Origin: Terriglobia bacterium | GTDB lineage: Bacteria > Acidobacteriota > Terriglobia > JAJPHL01 > JAPKYU01 | Direction: 5' to 3' | Length of the DNA: 64,000 nucleotides | Assembly: GCA_965223005.1 (NCBI GenBank) | Contig: CBDCVK010000010.1 | Span: forward strand, 480,001 to 544,000 | Part shown: piece after piece, positions 62,380-64,000 of the stretch | Layout: every line of letters starts with the position of its first letter | Position numbering within the stretch: the stretch's first letter is position 1 | Translations under genes and position numbers: made by a program | Notes under the pieces: model-generated | Databases searched by the model: none | Seen by the model: the letters and a program-made list of their open reading frames with translations, nothing else | What the model was told of the DNA's origin: nothing

Positions 62380-63405
62380 ATGGCAATCCTGACTGTATCT
62401 CGACAGTTCGGCAGCCGCGGGGATGACATTGCCCGGGAGCTGGCGCGGCGCACCGGATTCCGGCTCCTCACCCGAGAAATTGTCGAGCAGCAGATGCGCG
62501 AGCTGTGCGGCGTGGAACCGCCAGCCCTAGCCACCGAAAGTGAAGAACCGGACGTCAACGGGAGTCCTAATGGGCGTCCGGCCGCAGAAGTGACCCTCTA
62601 CGCCGACCTGGTGACCACCGTGGTGGCGGACCTGGCAACGGTTGAGGATTTTGTCTTGGTGGAACTGGGCGGCCAGTGCCTGTTCCACGAGGCGTCCTGC
62701 GCAGCGCACCTGCGCGTGGTGGCGCCGCGCTCCTGGCGCGCTGCGACGGTGGCCGCTGAGCTGGCACTGGCTCCGCCCGCCGCTGCGCAACTGGTGGCTC
62801 GCCAGGACGTCGCCCAGGCGCGGTATCTTCGGATGGTTTTCAGGCGTAGCGCGGAGCGAGCGGATCTCTACCATCTGGTCCTGAACACCGCGGCGCTGGA
62901 TCAGGATCACGCCATGGACCTGGCGATGTCTGCCGTGGATTCCATTCGGTTGCGCAGCGCGGGCCGGCTTTCGGCCGAGGCCGGCGAGCGCATGAAGGTG
63001 CAAAGCAAGATGCGCCTGGCCCGGCACTTTGCCGACCTGCCCGGCTCGGCCCTGCTCGAACGCGTCTCCTTTGCCCACCCCAGCGAGCGCGTCTTCGCCC
63101 GCCTGATGGACTTTTATCGCATCGAGTGGGAGTACGAGCCGCGCACCTTCCCCATCGAGTGGAACGAGCAGGGCGTCGTGGTGGAAGCCTTCACGCCCGA
63201 CTTCCACCTACCCGAACTGGGCTTGTACGTGGAATTGACCACCATGAAGCAATCCCTGGTCACCCGCAAGAACCGCAAGGTCAAGCGGCTGCGTGAGCTG
63301 CATCCGGAGGTCAACATCCGCATCTTCTACCAGAAGGACGTCGAAGACTTGATCTTCAAGCTGGGAGCGCAGTACCAGCGCGAAGAGTTAAGCGTAGGGA
63401 GTTGA
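62380..63405 (+). CDS. Cytidylate-kinase-like domain fused to a C-terminal PD-(D/E)XK-like domain
   Basis: N-terminal LTVSRQFGSRG..IA..LA and YHLVLNT; C-terminal FAHPSE..EYEP..FTPDF.LP..YVELT. Confidence 0.75.
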   Translation: MAILTVSRQFGSRGDDIARELARRTGFRLLTREIVEQQMRELCGVEPPALATESEEPDVNGSPNGRPAAEVTLYADLVTTVVADLATVEDFVLVELGGQCLFHEASCAAHLRVVAPRSWRAATVAAELALAPPAAAQLVARQDVAQARYLRMVFRRSAERADLYHLVLNTAALDQDHAMDLAMSAVDSIRLRSAGRLSAEAGERMKVQSKMRLARHFADLPGSALLERVSFAHPSERVFARLMDFYRIEWEYEPRTFPIEWNEQGVVVEAFTPDFHLPELGLYVELTTMKQSLVTRKNRKVKRLRELHPEVNIRIFYQKDVEDLIFKLGAQYQREELSVGS

Positions 63406-63492
63406 CAATCGCGTCCTGGCGAGTGATGGCGCGTGCCGGGTGGTCTTGGCTTTTAACTTCTCACCCTTCATTCTAAACTGTCCACTCATCCC

Positions 63493-64000
63493 ATGCATGC
63501 GGACGTGGAACGCATCCTGTTTCCCGAAGAAGAAATTCGTCGGCGCGTGGCCGAGGTGGCCGGTGAAATCTCCGCCGACTATGCCGACAAGGAGCTGACG
63601 CTGATCACCGTGCTTCGCGGCGCGCTGTTCTTCGGCGCCGACTTGGCTCGCGCCCTGCGGCCGCCTGTGCGCATGGATTTCCTGGCTGTCTCTCCTTTTC
63701 CACGCGCCGCCGACTCGGGTGTGGTCCGGATTGTCAAGGACCTGGACGAAAGCATTTCCGGAGAAGACGTCCTGCTGGTGGAGGATATCGTGGACACCGG
63801 TCTGACCCTGCGCTACCTGCTCAAGACCCTGGCAGCGCGCCAGCCCAACAGCCTGGCCGTCTGCACCCTGCTGGACAAGACGCCCCGCCGGCTGGTCGAG
63901 GTGCCGGTGCGCTACCGCTGCTTCGAAATCCCCGACCGCTTCGTAGTAGGCTACGGGCTGGACTACCAGCAGCGCTATCGCAACCTGCCCTACGTGGGGG
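63493..64000 (+). CDS. hpt: Hypoxanthine phosphoribosyltransferase (runs off the window)
   Basis: Manual translation: VLRGALFF.ADL, VEDIVDTGLTL, LLDK and FVVGYGLDY..YRNLPY. Not in the ORF track. Confidence 0.93.
   Translation, partial: MHADVERILFPEEEIRRRVAEVAGEISADYADKELTLITVLRGALFFGADLARALRPPVRMDFLAVSPFPRAADSGVVRIVKDLDESISGEDVLLVEDIVDTGLTLRYLLKTLAARQPNSLAVCTLLDKTPRRLVEVPVRYRCFEIPDRFVVGYGLDYQQRYRNLPYVG

Overview
GC-rich window, probably from an Acidobacteriota genome (VWFA-acidobacterial proteins, thrB/thrC and hpt neighbourhoods). Core content: a Moco/Tuco-type riboswitch upstream of moaA, rpmB, a folP-cdaA-cdaR-glmM operon, a complete alternative complex III (actABCDEFG)-SCO-caa3 (A2-type) oxidase operon, gltA, two VWA proteins, kdsB-pyrG, nnr-tsaE-fabL, mlaEFD, tsaD, a DnaC-like ATPase, an EF-G paralogue, MltD, thrB-thrC and hpt. 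Features not visible in the ORF track: tRNA-Sec between two UGA-recoded selenoprotein genes with SECIS-like hairpins; a frame-restoring tandem duplication inside actC; a tRNA-Pro 3' fragment (att scar) next to an IS1182-like element nested in IS256, a truncated corA and an IS5; an integrase-less integron-like remnant (attI-like site, eroded attC, Abi_C cassette); and a promoter-driven 15-codon ORF with an exceptionally long anti-16S Shine-Dalgarno. Best candidates for an undescribed system: a phosphatase-HipA-like kinase-DUF3037 module beside a (KPARRPARR)8 protein, a CMK-like/PD-(D/E)XK fusion upstream of hpt, a class III cyclase-like protein with non-canonical specificity residues, and the small-ORF RNA. 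All calls come from reading the sequence by eye; no database searches were run.
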